A stretch of 64,000 nucleotides of DNA, taken from positions 133,982,001-134,046,000 of the forward strand of contig OZ024740.1 of the NCBI GenBank assembly GCA_964016885.1, in the 5' to 3' direction. Source of the DNA: Eledone cirrhosa. Taxonomy: Eukaryota. The notes beneath the pieces were generated by a model. The model did not search any database, had not been told where the DNA came from, and saw only the letters and a program-made list of their open reading frames with translations. The position numbers and the translations under genes are program-made. Below, piece by piece: positions 26,935-39,585 of the stretch. Each line of letters begins with the position of its first letter. Position 1 is the first letter of the stretch.

Positions 26935-27640
26935 GTTCGTGATGTATCCCGCAAGTGAATCGGGACCCGTCACCGATTTTAGTGTCCCCACTGCCGATGT
27001 GAATGAGTAGTGCCAGACTTGTGAATTGGGACTTGATGTTGCGGGCAGTTCATCTTCTTACAATCATGCGGTCCCACAAGCTTGTTCGCATTGCTGTGCC
27101 AATAATCTGCCAGACAGGCGTATCAAATTGGACGCGAAAGCAGCTTACCGGATGCGGAATCGGCTGCGAATTCGGCTAAAATAAAGCAAAAACAGGCGAG
27201 CATAGATCTTCAAAACGGCATGAGTTGGCAAACAAGCAAGCCGCATATAGATCTGCAAATTCAGTCGTTATATCTAAAATCAAGCCGAGCGTAGTGCTAG
27301 GAAACGTACCGAGTTGGCTAAAAAGCAGGCCGAGTACAGATCTGCGAAGCGAGATAAAGTATTGCAAAGAAAGGCTGTGTATAGAATTGTCAATAAAGAT
27401 AATATACAGTCTTATCAGAAAGCTTACTATAAAAACAAAAATGTTCTTCGTAAGCGGTCTTTGCATCGAATAAGGAAATTAGAAAAAAATGCTTGACTTC
27501 CGAATGCAGCATCAGATCTTGGTGCACAGATTTGTTAAGTCGTATAAAAAGACGATAATCGACACCAATCTTCGCAAGGAGGCACATATTCACGTGCAGA
27601 GTGTGTTCTCCAGATCCGTTGGTATGCGCAATTTTCTGTG
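26935..27640 (+). pseudogene. Unclassified decayed ORF with ~15-aa Lys/Arg-rich repeats (KxAxYR)
   Basis: AKAAYRMRNRLRIRL / NKQAAYRSANS / KKQAEYRSAKRDKVL / QRKAVYRIVNKDNIQ / SYQKAYY; preceded by a ttattttgcag acceptor-like site. Confidence 0.4.
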
Positions 27641-27721
27641 TGCTCTTACAACGATAATTTATTATTAATATATATCATGTTTAACTAGAGTTATTACAAA
27701 CGTTGCCTTAAAAAATATTAA

Positions 27722-28743
27722 ACTTGACCTGAAAAATGCGCAAGCTCAAAAGAGATACAGAATGTTTTAATAAACCTTCAAAAGTGTGGGACTAGAATTG
27801 TTGCTCAAAAATATTGTAATCATTATCTATCGTACATTCTGTGGCATCCTTTATAAAAATATCACAATAAATACATGTATGTTTAATGTAATAACAGCTA
27901 TAAATAATTAAGTAATAGTAGAAACAATTATTATCATATACTCATAGTAACAAAATAATTGTGTTGAAAATTAATATGATGCTTATATGAACGATCAAAT
28001 CTATAATGATAATTTTATAAATATACTAATATTAAAATAATTTAGTTATATATTGTTACATTTTCATCGAACTATAACATTAACAATCGTATTGTGTGAT
28101 CAAATTTGTATCACTGCAAACTTTCATATTGGAATTACCTTAAGCCACTTATCATTACTTCGCTTTCGTACTTTTACAGATGTAGATATTCGGCTGTATC
28201 TTATATCTAATATCATGATTTCATGGTAATTTGCATGCAGTTTAAAATAGGTTTATTAATAACTTTAATATGAAATGTATTATACAGGGTTGCGGAGTCG
28301 GCCAAAAATTGACTGGCTCCAACTCCGGATCCGATACTCCATTATTTCCTAAATTTCAGCTCCGCAGCCCTGTTATTATAATTAATTTATTTTATAGTTG
28401 TAAATCATATTTTTATATGTTACACTCTAAGAATGAACTAAGTGAAATAGTGTAAAAAGAAAGGCATGGTTGGTTTAAGCTAATGTTCAATATTTCATAT
28501 TAGATGTTTAGTAATGATTAATACGAAATGCACTTAAACCGAATTCTATATTATAAATTAATTTAAATAATTATCGTGTCGTCTTGAGTTCGTTATGAGT
28601 CTCTTTTTTATAAAAGGATGCCACAGAATGTACGATAGATAATGATTACAATATTTTTAAGCAACAACTCTAGTCCCACACTTTTGAAGGTTTATTATAA
28701 CATTCTGTGTCTCTTTTGAGCTTGCGCATTTTTCAGGTCTAGT
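27722..28743. repeat. ~135-bp inverted repeat pair (27722-27859 / 28606-28743)
   Basis: gacctgaaaaatgcgcaagctcaaaagaga...gtggcatcctttataaaaa and its reverse complement. Confidence 0.85.
28285..28372. mobile_element. hAT-type MITE
   Basis: TIRs cagggttgcggag / ctccgcagccctg; 8-bp TSD gtattata / ttattata (7 of 8 match). Confidence 0.75.
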
Positions 28744-28744
28744 A

Positions 28745-29062
28745 AGAAATGTGTTATATGTAGAGAAAATCTACAAATAGTTTGAAAAACTATAAAAGTA
28801 GTCTATAGCATAAGATGTACAAAGAGTACATGTAGAAATACAACAACGCCATACATAGTAGAGCGAGCTCAGGTATAGGGGGCGGGTAAACCAGCACTGG
28901 GTTGAACTAAAAGGACAAAAAGACGGTTCGGTGCCATATGACTACGCCAGACTGAGACATGATGGTAATATAGAAAACATAGAAATTAAAATATCTAAAT
29001 ATAGAAATAACTCAAGAGGTAGACAAATTTTATCACAATATATCCCTTCCCAAATATAACAA
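28745..29062 (+). mobile_element. PLE GIY-YIG fragment of the 4350-6510 family joined to the pLTR end
   Basis: acgccagactgagacatgatggtaatatagaaaacatagaaattaaaat parallels the reverse complement of 4890-4985; ends cccttcccaaatataacaa(TA)n like the other copies. Confidence 0.7.
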
Positions 29063-29093
29063 TATATACATATATATACATATATATATATAT

Positions 29094-29161
<68 letters not shown>

Positions 29162-29164
29162 TTA

Positions 29165-29728
29165 TCTATAAAAGGCAGAGGTTAACTTTGCCTTTCATCC
29201 TTACGGGGTCGATAAAATAAAGTACTAGTAATGTACTGAGTAATTGCTGGCCTTGTGCCTAAAATAGAAACAATTATCTATAAAAGGCAGGTTGACTTTG
29301 CCTTTCATCCTTACGGGGTCGATAAAATAAAGTACCTGTAATGCACTGGGTAATTGCTGGCCTTGTGCCTAAAGTAGAAACAATTATCTATAAAAGGCAT
29401 ATTGTTGTTGTGTGTGTGTATGTGTGTGCATGTTCCATGTTTATACATTTGCACAATTTCAAACCGATTCAACGCAAAGTCTGTAAGAATGTTGTAAATA
29501 CTCTATCTTAGATCAACGACTATTTATTTATTTCAAACTCACCCACAATTACGGAAATAATCGATAAAACTAAATACGTAACGCCCCCTCTAATACAATC
29601 TGATTACCTCTCTCTATTGCCCTTAAAATTCGATAAAACTACATACATGCTGCAACTTTCTCTTATATACGCTTAAACCTACAAACTTCCTTTAGGAACG
29701 TCGAATAAAGAAGAGAGAAAGAAATGAA

Positions 29729-29794
<66 letters not shown>

Positions 29795-30385
29795 TTTGTT
29801 TTTGAGTGTGGAACTGTCAAACATTTATTTACTTCAATGACAATGAGAACTTATTACATTTCATACTAAACAACAATTATTCAAAAACAACAGATAAATG
29901 TATTCAACAAGAACAAAAATAGCGATAAATCCTTTTTAAAACATCTCTCAACGAACGTGGAAGAAATAAGTATCAGTTTATTTACTATACACAATAATAT
30001 CCTCTATGAGGTCACTAAACCTGCTAGAAACAGCAGCTAACTCTCCCCCATATCACACCCCACCCTACTGTCTTACATTTAGAAAACACACATTAGACAA
30101 CCATGCAGAACAACTCCATCGCAGCTCTGTTGATCGGCTGGCATCATCTACGCGCGTGTTGCTCAAGTACTGTGAAACAATAAATTTCAACACTTCTTTG
30201 CACAGAGATAATATCTATAGGCAAAACTACAATTGTCACTGCTGGCGCAGCTCCTGCTTCGGCAGTCCAGGTCTGCAATTCATTCACCCAGTACCTGGCA
30301 GACAAAAAAGTGCTGCCATAAAATGGGTGGTGCAACCTAACTTTGGTAACTTACTGACCCCGAGCAACGCCGGGCTTTAATGCTA

Positions 30386-30386
<1 letters not shown>
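29165..30386 (+). mobile_element. Non-autonomous Helitron
   Basis: 5' A|TCTATAAAAGGCA...tgtgtgtg; 3' hairpin cccgagcaacgccggg followed by CTAG|T at ~30383-30387. Confidence 0.75.
29178..29383 (+). mobile_element. Two tandem 5'-truncated SINEs, each bracketed by attatctataaaaggca
   Basis: The 17-bp motif occurs at 29161, 29273 and 29383; SINE 3' halves lie between the motifs. Confidence 0.8.
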
Positions 30387-30438
<52 letters not shown>

Positions 30439-30443
<5 letters not shown>

Positions 30444-32209
30444 ATACTTTGGGAGGGTCATGTTGCCAATAAGAAACACACGCACCAATTGTCTCACTCC
30501 AATTTATTATAAATTAAATTTATAAATTTAAGAAATTTGTAAATTTCCGGTTAGTTGGTTGGTTCCACACGAACGGTTGTTCATATATTGTCAAAGTTCT
30601 TTCGTCACACATTCTGACTTGGCATTATTTTCTTTGTTTTGTGCCTCTCCTTTGTTCTGTCCTACGCCATCTTGTTTTTGTGTGTTGTGTGCTTAGTTTG
30701 CGCATGTGTTACATCCGAGTGTCTGTGTGTGTTTTTATTTGTTTATTTATTTATTTATTTGTTTGTTTATTTACATGTTACTAGTTGGTTGTTTGTTCTA
30801 TGTGTGTGGGTTTTCATTTTGTCCTTAATTGTAAGTTGTGATGTTGCTATTCCATTCATGTTTTCTATTTAATTTGGTTGGAGTTCATTTATGTTTATTG
30901 CCTCTGTGATTTGTCTAAACATTGCGTCTTTTCTGTGTGTAGATTTTATTTTTATTTCTATGTTCTCTAATTTGCCCTTCTGTTGTATTTTTGCATGTTG
31001 GTGGTGTACTGATGATTCTTTTCTATCTTGAAGCTCTCGCCAGTGTTCATTTAATCGTTCTCCCCTCCTACGAGCTGTTTCAACTATGTACACTATATTC
31101 TTATCTTTACGTTGTCCCTCAGTATATCTTATGCTATATACTGTGTTTCTAGTTTTGCAGTTAACATGGGGGATAGTTTACAGATTATGCATTTTTATCT
31201 ATACAGGGAGGTCTTTGAAATGGGTATGTATTGCTAATAAGTGTTTTATGAAGGTACTTGGTCTTTCCACTATCTTAATATTTAGTTTAAGTTTATCTAG
31301 GACCCTTCTAAATGTGGAAGCTAGTTCACCTCTAGGGGTTGTATTGATGAACATTACACTCTGGTATTTATTGCTATCATACCATGAGTTTATTTTATTA
31401 ACCTTATTCCTAGTTCTTTCTATTCTATTCCAAAATTTGATCCTATACAAGGGACAGATCCCATTTGTATCATTATTTACCATTTTTTCCCATTTGGTTC
31501 TGGCTCCTCTATATACTCTAATTTTATCTCTCTGATTGTAACCAGAGAACTGCATACGGTGGATGAAGTGTTCCTTGGGGTTGCATATGCGGGACACGTT
31601 CCTCATCACCCGTACTAAATGCGCAATCAGTATGTTGATTTTGGTTATGATCCGAAACAACTGAGTTTCGGTGGATCAGGTATTTGGAAGTCATGGGTTG
31701 GGCATAATGGAAATGGAGGATTTGTTTTTTGTTATTAATGGTTTCTTACCAGAGCTCTGTGTCTAGTACAGGTAATCGATGTTTGGGGAGTTTGCTTGGG
31801 TAGTCTATAGTAACTCTAATACTCTGGTGGATGGAGTTAACTATTTGCTGGATGCTTTCCAATGTGTCTTTCTCTAATTCCTGACTGTTCTCTCGTGGGG
31901 TGTTTTTACTACAATGTTTATATCATCAACGTAGCGAGAGTACATTATCAGGGTTAAGAGGTTGCTGTCTTCTAATTGTTTTTTTAAGTTTATTGTCCCA
32001 CCATACCATGAATAGGTTAGCTATGTCACCTGCAATGCTAACACCAATGGCTGCTCCCTCCTCTTGGGCATATGTTTTTCCATTAAATTTGAACATATGT
32101 TCCTTAAGGGTTAGTTTTATACTATGATTGCACATGCGGTGGGGGCCAGTATAAAACTAACCCTTAAGGAACATATGTTCAAATTTAATGGAAAAACATA
32201 TGCCCAAGA
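30439..32209 (-). mobile_element. Penelope-like element, degenerate, with 5' foldback inversion
   Basis: QEEGAAIGVSIAGDIANLFMVWW, RLPVLDTELW, YQSVMF, TARRRGERLNEHW; pLTR at 30439-30720; 62-bp perfect IR 32062-32123 / 32148-32209. Confidence 0.85.
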
Positions 32210-32699
32210 TAGATTTTCAACCTGACTTGAAAATCCGTCAATGTTTAATGTTGCAGCTGTCCAATCGACAGAAAACCCTTGTGGAATTGACAAGCAATCA
32301 ATTGTAACGTGTACTCTTAACATTATTCTAAAAGTTCGATGTGATATAGTAAGAGACAAGAGGCACGCTTCAATTACAGGTACAGTTCATAAAGAGAGCT
32401 TCCAAATAGCTTCCGTCTATCGAGTTTCACTTCCAGAGCTATGGTAAATGATGCTTGCAAATGATACCACACAGTAGGAAACAACACGTAAGTTAATGAC
32501 TGTGAAGTGAACTTTTTCATCACTCAGCCGTTAAGCTTCCACAATAAATCAATAGTAGAAATCAGAAGTCGAAAACAAGGATTCAAAGCAAACATGAAAA
32601 CAATAAATAGTTGAGTATTTCGTTGGAGAGATTGAAGAATAAACGCGATACGAGAAGATGATAGGTTAAATGAGAAAAATAAAATCAGTGAAGCTACTA

Positions 32700-33005
32700 T
32701 AACAGAACATGTTGTACCGTTACTAGTGGCAACGTACTGCGTTCGACTGCCAGGCCGAAGAGAGCAAACTGTCCACGTATCGACCACTCTCCGATAGGTT
32801 TGTGGTAGAGCCTGTAGCTGTGGAGACTCCCGACTTTTTGGTCCTCGAACCACATCTCTACCTACTGCTATCGAAGCGGAGTTGGAAACCAGCAGGTGCG
32901 AGTCCCACGCGGTGGAGTGGCTGTTCCTACGCGTCTCCCTCACCCTCCTTCGGGGCAATGTATTCTCCATCCTGTCGGTCGGGATCCAGAGGCGAAGGGT
33001 AAGTT
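32700..33005 (+). mobile_element. CRE-like non-LTR retrotransposon 3' fragment (RLE)
   Basis: KLSTYRPLSDRFVVEPVAVET then, frameshifted, FGPRTTSL...EWLFLRVSLTLLRGNVFSILS. Confidence 0.7.
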
Positions 33006-33152
33006 AGTTGGAGGTAGATGATACTCGTTCGGACATCATATATTTCTTCTTCTTTCCAGAAGTTATTTCTGGAAAGGAGATTTTTACATACATACATACA
33101 CACATTGGTGATTGTTTTATTAACATTACTAACTCAACCCACCACACATACC

Positions 33153-33209
<57 letters not shown>

Positions 33210-33638
33210 CTGTGTGTGAGCTTGTACATCTGCGGGAGCACGCACCACGAACACTACGGCCACCAACACCACCACAAACAGGATATACATACACTCCGAC
33301 ATAAACACATCCGTCAGCCACTCCATCACCTTCATCACAGAATAATGTCAAATAGAATAAAACAAAAGCCAAACAGAGCGGCAATAGCAAAGGTCACGCA
33401 CCTGTTAATGTTTATTTGTGTGTGTGTGTGGTGTGTGTATGTGTGTGTGCATCTGTGTGAGCATGCATGCATGCGCTAGTGTGAATTTGACCGTTCCTGT
33501 GTGTACTTAGTTTGAATAAATTTCTCCTTGAATAATATAATTCCAACAGGTTTTTTCCAGATTTTCATCTACATAGATATGTATATAAAAGACGTAAAAT
33601 AAGAAAATTATAGTAATTAACTCACTTACTTAAACTTC

Positions 33639-33719
33639 ACTCCAACTAATTAGTTTCTGAAAGGGGATATACATGTCTTCGAATGGGGACCATGGAGAAT
33701 CCTTTCTTCATCAGGGAGT
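33639..33719 (-). ncRNA. Type I hammerhead ribozyme
   Basis: ACTCC-CTGATGA-agaaagg...cctttca-GAAA-ctaattag-tt-GGAGT; palindromic stem III. Confidence 0.7.
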
Positions 33720-34165
33720 CATTCTCGGCTAAGATTCCTGGCGTTACGCGGACACAGGGAACTTATACAAAAATAATTCAGTGGATGGAAAAAAGCAAGC
33801 GCGGACTGAATTCCAAGCCATTGAAAACTTCACTGCCTTCCTGGTCAGTGTCAAATTCAAAAGAATCAATCACGTGACATCGAGGTTAATCAGTGAGGAG
33901 TGGGGTGTTAAAAAGGCAGTAGCCAAACTAATACTATGAACCATAGCAGTAATTTAGACAAATTTTTGCTCAACAAAATAATTTGGAGATAATTATAAAG
34001 AATTAGTATATCTACCAACATATTTATACAGATGTATACATACGCTAGCAAAGATATAGGTTTCGTCTTAGTAACTTTGTGGTTCAATACAAAGAGATGT
34101 AGAACAATTATATAAAAGACGTAAAATAAGAAAATTATAGTAATTAACTCACTTACTTAAATTTC

Positions 34166-34247
34166 ACTCCAACTAATTAGTTTCTGAAAGTGGATATACA
34201 TAGTCTTCGAATGGAGACCATGGAGAAACCTTTCTTCATCAGGGAGT
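34166..34247 (-). ncRNA. Type I hammerhead ribozyme (second copy)
   Basis: Same architecture as 33639-33719; core intact. Confidence 0.7.
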
Positions 34248-34366
34248 CAGATATGAGGAAATCATCAGGAAAATCATGTAGAAGCCATTTTATTATATTT
34301 ATTGTTTACACTCTACTAATGTATTGAGTACCTTACCTAGTGTGGTTACTGCGATTGAAACTGGGA

Positions 34367-34404
<38 letters not shown>

Positions 34405-34411
34405 CCTGGGA

Positions 34412-34449
<38 letters not shown>

Positions 34450-34456
34450 CCTGGGA

Positions 34457-34479
<23 letters not shown>

Positions 34480-34492
<13 letters not shown>

Positions 34493-35070
34493 TGTAGTTC
34501 CTGTATGTTTGTTTATTTGTTCACAAACTCCTCCTATGGTTTGGGGGATAGACCCCCACAACCATATATATTCTGAAACTACAATGCCCAGGGTACTTGG
34601 ATAAGTACATTTCATTTTAATCAAATCGTTCCCCGGGGGCATAAACCCCTGCTGAAAAGTGTTTCCCTTCGATTTATATGAAATTTAAACCATAGGTTAA
34701 TGAAAAGATATGATGCCGATTCACAAAATTTCAGCAAATTACAATAATATTAAGATAGCCTAATGAGGGTTAAACCCCTCCATAGTGAAAATTTTGGAAG
34801 CCCAAATAAAATAATGCTTTACACAAAAATGAAATGATCAAGTTTTGAATTGATATTTTGAAAAAAATTATTTACAAGAAACAAAATAAGAATACGATTT
34901 AATAATGTAATTTTGATTTGATATATTACAAAAAATAATGTCTTCCAATTTTTCATGCATTATATTTTATATTGAAATGAAGAGCTTTTCTCCATAAATT
35001 ATATCACTGATTTAAAATCAAACATCATTTTCTTACAAAATATGCAGCAAGGCGCGGGTAATTCGGCTAG
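34480..35070 (+). mobile_element. Non-autonomous Helitron (second family)
   Basis: Starts in (TA)n tatataaagttgtagttc; ends gcagcaaggcgcgggtaattcggCTAG|T. Confidence 0.6.
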
Positions 35071-35087
35071 TATAGAAATACTTGCAA

Positions 35088-35159
<72 letters not shown>

Positions 35160-35161
<2 letters not shown>

Positions 35162-35534
35162 TTGCAATTTTTTTTTATATGAAATCGGGTGTTGAGACAA
35201 ATATTATTATATTTAGGGACGGTCATGTTGCTATAATATTGCCAGAAATAATATCTGTTTGGCGAAGACATTACAATGCAACATGAGGAAACATAATAGT
35301 ACCGTTGATGATGTCACAGGTGTGTTATGAAAGAACTCTGATAGACTATATATATATATTCATATCTATATTTTTAACCGTTGGTCAATCGATGAGAAAC
35401 ATTGATTGCCAGATGAATTAACTATAGAGATATAAAAGATACAGAAGCGAAAACCAATCCAGACCAAACAGTGAGTGTGTTTTATTATTATTTCTGGCAA
35501 TATTATAACAATATGACCCTCCCCAAATATAACA

Positions 35535-35536
<2 letters not shown>
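35160..35536. mobile_element. Inverted pair of PLE pLTR fragments (4350 family)
   Basis: 35160-35263 is parallel to 4350-4440; 35280-35536 is the inverse of 4390-4640 and includes a degenerate hammerhead ttgatga...gaaagaac. Confidence 0.75.
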
Positions 35537-35588
<52 letters not shown>

Positions 35589-35688
35589 CAAAGGAATTGT
35601 GGTAAGGAACCAGATGGACCATAACGCACCTGAGTCCAGAAATAGCCGTCGAAACGGCTTGAGCTCTGCCGTCGGGGTCATACATTTT

Positions 35689-35751
<63 letters not shown>

Positions 35752-35757
<6 letters not shown>

Positions 35758-36008
35758 ATACTTTGGGAGGGTCATGTTGCCAATAAGAAACACACGCACC
35801 AGTTGCATTCACTTCAATTTATTATAGGTTTCCGGTTGGTTGGTTGGTTCCACAACCGGATGGTTGTTTATATATTGTCAAAGTTCTTTCGTCACACATT
35901 CTGTGATCTCTTCAGTGACTGGGGATTCTTTTCTTTGTTTTGTGCCTCTCCTTTGTTCTGTCCTACGCCATCTTGTTTTTGTGTGTGTTGTGTGCTTAGT
36001 TTGCGCAT
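35752..36008 (-). mobile_element. PLE pLTR (30439 family) with hammerhead
   Basis: Near-identical to 30439-30705. Minus strand: GTCA-CTGAAGA-gatcacagaatgtgtgac-GAAA-gaactt-TGAC at ~35876-35919. Confidence 0.75.
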
Positions 36009-36021
36009 GAAAATTAGAATT

Positions 36022-36449
36022 GGTGCTCTGAAAATAGAAGTAGGTGACATTGTCACTACTTTAAAACAATAGCGTAAGGTCTTCAAAATGCTTTTAATTA
36101 AGCATACAGTGTATTGCAAAATACACTATATATACATTCATATATATATATCGCTATTTCAGAGCACCAATTCTACTTTTCAATTTTTGCTGGACCGCCA
36201 ACCGCTCCAGTTCCTGATTATTACTGGAATTCTATAAGAATCCGACATTCATAATTTTCAGCAAACAGGAGGAGTGTTGAACTTTGATAAGTACCAACAA
36301 GTACGAAACAGAGCTCTGTCAGCTTATCTCCCCTTGTTTGCTGAAAATAGAGGTAAGTGACATTGTCACTACTTTAAAACAATAGTGTAAGGTCTTCAAA
36401 CTACTTTTAATTAAGCATACAGTGTATTGCAAAATACACTATATATACA

Positions 36450-36452
<3 letters not shown>
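36022..36452 (+). repeat. ~110-bp direct repeats (36025-36140 / 36340-36452) with degenerate hammerhead-like fold
   Basis: ctgaaaatag..gtgacattgtcactactttaaaacaatag duplicated; short inversion at 36155-36180. Confidence 0.6.
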
Positions 36453-36504
<52 letters not shown>

Positions 36505-36599
36505 ATTAGAAATGTTAGCTATCGCCGTATTTTGACTAAAGCAATTAAAGAAATTATTTAGCCTGATAGTGGGGTTAAGAACCCTCGGAGAAATGGAAA

Positions 36600-36803
36600 A
36601 AGGGCGGTGGATTGGCAGTATCGGTAGAGAGTCGGACGCCATGCTTTCCAGCATAGTTACGTCCCTTTACGATCTGAGTTCAAATCCCGCCGAGGTTGAC
36701 TTTGCCTTTCATCCTTACGGGGTCGATAAAATAAAGTACCAGTAATGCACTGGGTAATTGCTGGCCTTGTGCCTAAAATAGAAACAATTATTTATTATTA
36801 TTA
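36600..36803 (+). mobile_element. tRNA-derived SINE, full length
   Basis: A-box tggcagtatcgg, B-box gagttcaaatccc, core, (TTA)n tail. Confidence 0.9.
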
Positions 36804-37140
36804 ATATATATATGTGTGTGTGTATGTGGAGAGAGGGGGAGGGAGAGAAAGGGAGGGCTAGAAAGAGAGAGAGCAGTATGTATGTGTATGTTTACGTGTT
36901 TGTCTATGTGTGTACATCTGTGTGTGTGTCAGTGTGTATGTGTGTGTGTGTGTGCTTGCCTGTGTGTAACTTAACGTTTGTGTCCACATGATGAACAGAA
37001 ATCCAAATCCAAATACTCTTCTGTATCATTACAGTTTCGGTAAATCACCATTTCCCCAGACAAAACAAGTATTCAAATATTACAGATGTTTACCTCATGT
37101 ATGGAAGAGATTCGATAGCATTATTTAGAAGTTTAAACAA

Positions 37141-37334
37141 TAATTGTTTCTACTTTTGGCACAAGGCCAGAAATTATCCCAGTGTATTACTAGTAATTTA
37201 TTTTATCGACCCCGTTAGGATGAAAGGCAAAGTTAACCTCGGCGGGATTTGAACTCAGAATGGCAAGGGCCGTAACTCTATGCGTCAAAGTATGGCGTCC
37301 GACCCTCTACCGATACTGCCAATCCACCGCCCTT
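37141..37334 (-). mobile_element. tRNA-derived SINE, full length
   Basis: Near-identical to 16582-16765; partial copy also at ~37790-37900. Confidence 0.9.
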
Positions 37335-39512
37335 AAACAATAATGCGATACAATATTGTTTCTAAGATCACTACACATCCGTATCAAAGAACACCTCAGC
37401 ACACCCCTGTCCTCTTTCAAGAAACATAGATAAATATATAAAACATAAATAAAGATGCTTAGAAAATGTAGAAAATCTCGAATGTATTAATTGGCTCTGA
37501 ACACAAATGATTGCTATGAATAATACCTTAGAAAATCGGGTAAAAATACCGTTTATAGACTGGAAAATTCAGCAGCCTCTACAGAGAATCGAAATCTGTA
37601 CCTTTTAAATTCCGACTGTACCATTGAGAAATAAGGCCATTGATGATAAGTACCTTCTAATGATATGGTATTGTTTAAAGGAGTCGTGGGGGTACCGTAT
37701 ACGGCATTTCTTGGGCATTTAAAGCCTGTCGGAGCCCATCCCGCTCCAGGCCTGAGTACAACAGATTTCTTTCAGAGAAAGATGAGAAAGGATGAAAGGC
37801 AAAGTTGACCTCGGCAGGATTTGAACTCAGAGAGCAGAGAGTCAGAACGAATACCAAAAAGCATTCTATCCGACGTTTTAACGACTCTGTCAATTCCTTC
37901 TAAATAGAACTTAAATACCCGGCTTTTTTAATCTAATGTCATTGAAGTGTCCATGAGTTGAAATGTTTAGAAAATGTAGGAAATATAGATCTCGCCTATA
38001 GATGTAGATGTGTTTTACCCAATGTTCTATGCTGTTATTTATAGCAATCAACTGTATTCACCCTTATTTCCAGGGTTCGAAATTTTCTACATTTTCAAAA
38101 CGTTTCAACTTCCACAACGCTCCAATGCTTATTCGAAAATGTCGTTATGAATATAGCAGTTACAATCGAAGCCAGGCACAGAAAGACCGGCAATCTTAAA
38201 ATCTATATTAATATCCAAACTGAAACCCAAATCAACAATTGTGTAGAACTCAACACCCTGTGGCTAACATAAACATACACACTGTCACACACATTCCATT
38301 TCAAAAGTGATGAATTAACTTAAATCAGGACATAGATTAGGTTACACCCCACGCGATCCATTCACCACTTCCAGCGTTAAAAACAAGAACCACTTTAAAA
38401 TGTTTTTAAAATGACACTTTAAAAGCGACAAAAATATTCAGCTCGAAACTAGTTACTGTTATTAATCTTTTGATGAATGCATTTTATCCTGAAATATAAG
38501 GACCTATGAAGATCTGCTATGGAATCTTACAATCTACCATGTAATTCATATTGTGGTAGCCTACAAACAAATCACCATATTCTATAAAATATATTAAGCT
38601 ATTATTGCTGTTGTTTACCTCTGAAGAAGCTTACATACAATCAGAGACACCAAATCAGGATCGTCTATTTTTCCTGCATTATAGAACTAGGACTACATTA
38701 TCTAATGTAGTTTATATTTACAGCAGTTGTGTGGGCTTTGAAAAGGGAGCTTATTGTTTCTAATAGTGCCAACCGCACAAAGACACCCTCTTTAGCTTGG
38801 AATGTCTTATTATAATAATATATATGTGCTAAGTTACCGCAGCTGAAACTTTATAATGCCCACAGCTTTGCGGATAATTTAACACTTCAACACTTATTTG
38901 AAAATGATGACACATAATTCCATACACTAGAGTATTCGGCTACAATCGAAATAGCAAGTTCATACCGAACATAGATTGAAATAAAAACAAAATAGAGTAT
39001 AGATTGAAACGGAGGTGGAATAAAAATGAACGTAAAGTATGTATTGAATAGGAATTAAGTGCACTCGAATTTTGGATTAAAAAATACAGGATAGTTTTTA
39101 TAAACATTGACTTCTAAAAAATATAATACATATTCGAAAATGGGAAAAAATATGGTTACCTGTTAAAATTACATTACAGTCACGTTTATAAAATATAATG
39201 CTTACCATCCACTTATACAAACTTATATATATATATACACATAAATACACACACAGGCGCACACACACGCATATATGTGTATAAACACACACACACATAC
39301 ACACACACACAGACACACACACACACACGCATATATATATATATATATACGTGTGTATGTATATATGTACATATGAATGTATTTGTGCGTGTATGTATGT
39401 CTATGTATGTCTATGTGTGTGTGTGTGTCTGTGAAAAGGAAACGGACAACAACACAGCAAAGCGATACAGTACACTGAAGATATATATTAGTTTAAAACT
39501 TGATATTGTAGG

Positions 39513-39582
<70 letters not shown>

Positions 39583-39585
<3 letters not shown>

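Larger units (their letters stand above)
33582..34249 (-). repeat. ~140-bp direct repeats 527 bp apart, each containing a type I hammerhead
   Basis: 33582-33720 is approximately 34110-34248; hammerheads at 33639-33719 and 34166-34247. Confidence 0.85.

Noticed and set aside
28870-28899. Right hAT TIR partnering cagggcc at 24651
   Set aside because: No matching TSD, and the sequence aligns with the PLE GIY-YIG segment (IG.R..[E/Q]HW).
32210-32495. Possible host exon ending in a gtaag donor
   Set aside because: In-frame stops, no recognisable homology, and it is sandwiched between TE fragments.
35585-35690. Hammerhead motif
   Set aside because: The GAAA/stem III half is present but there is no CUGANGA core or stem I partner.
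36600-36700. tRNA gene
   Set aside because: A and B boxes are present but continue into the SINE core and tail; no complete cloverleaf.
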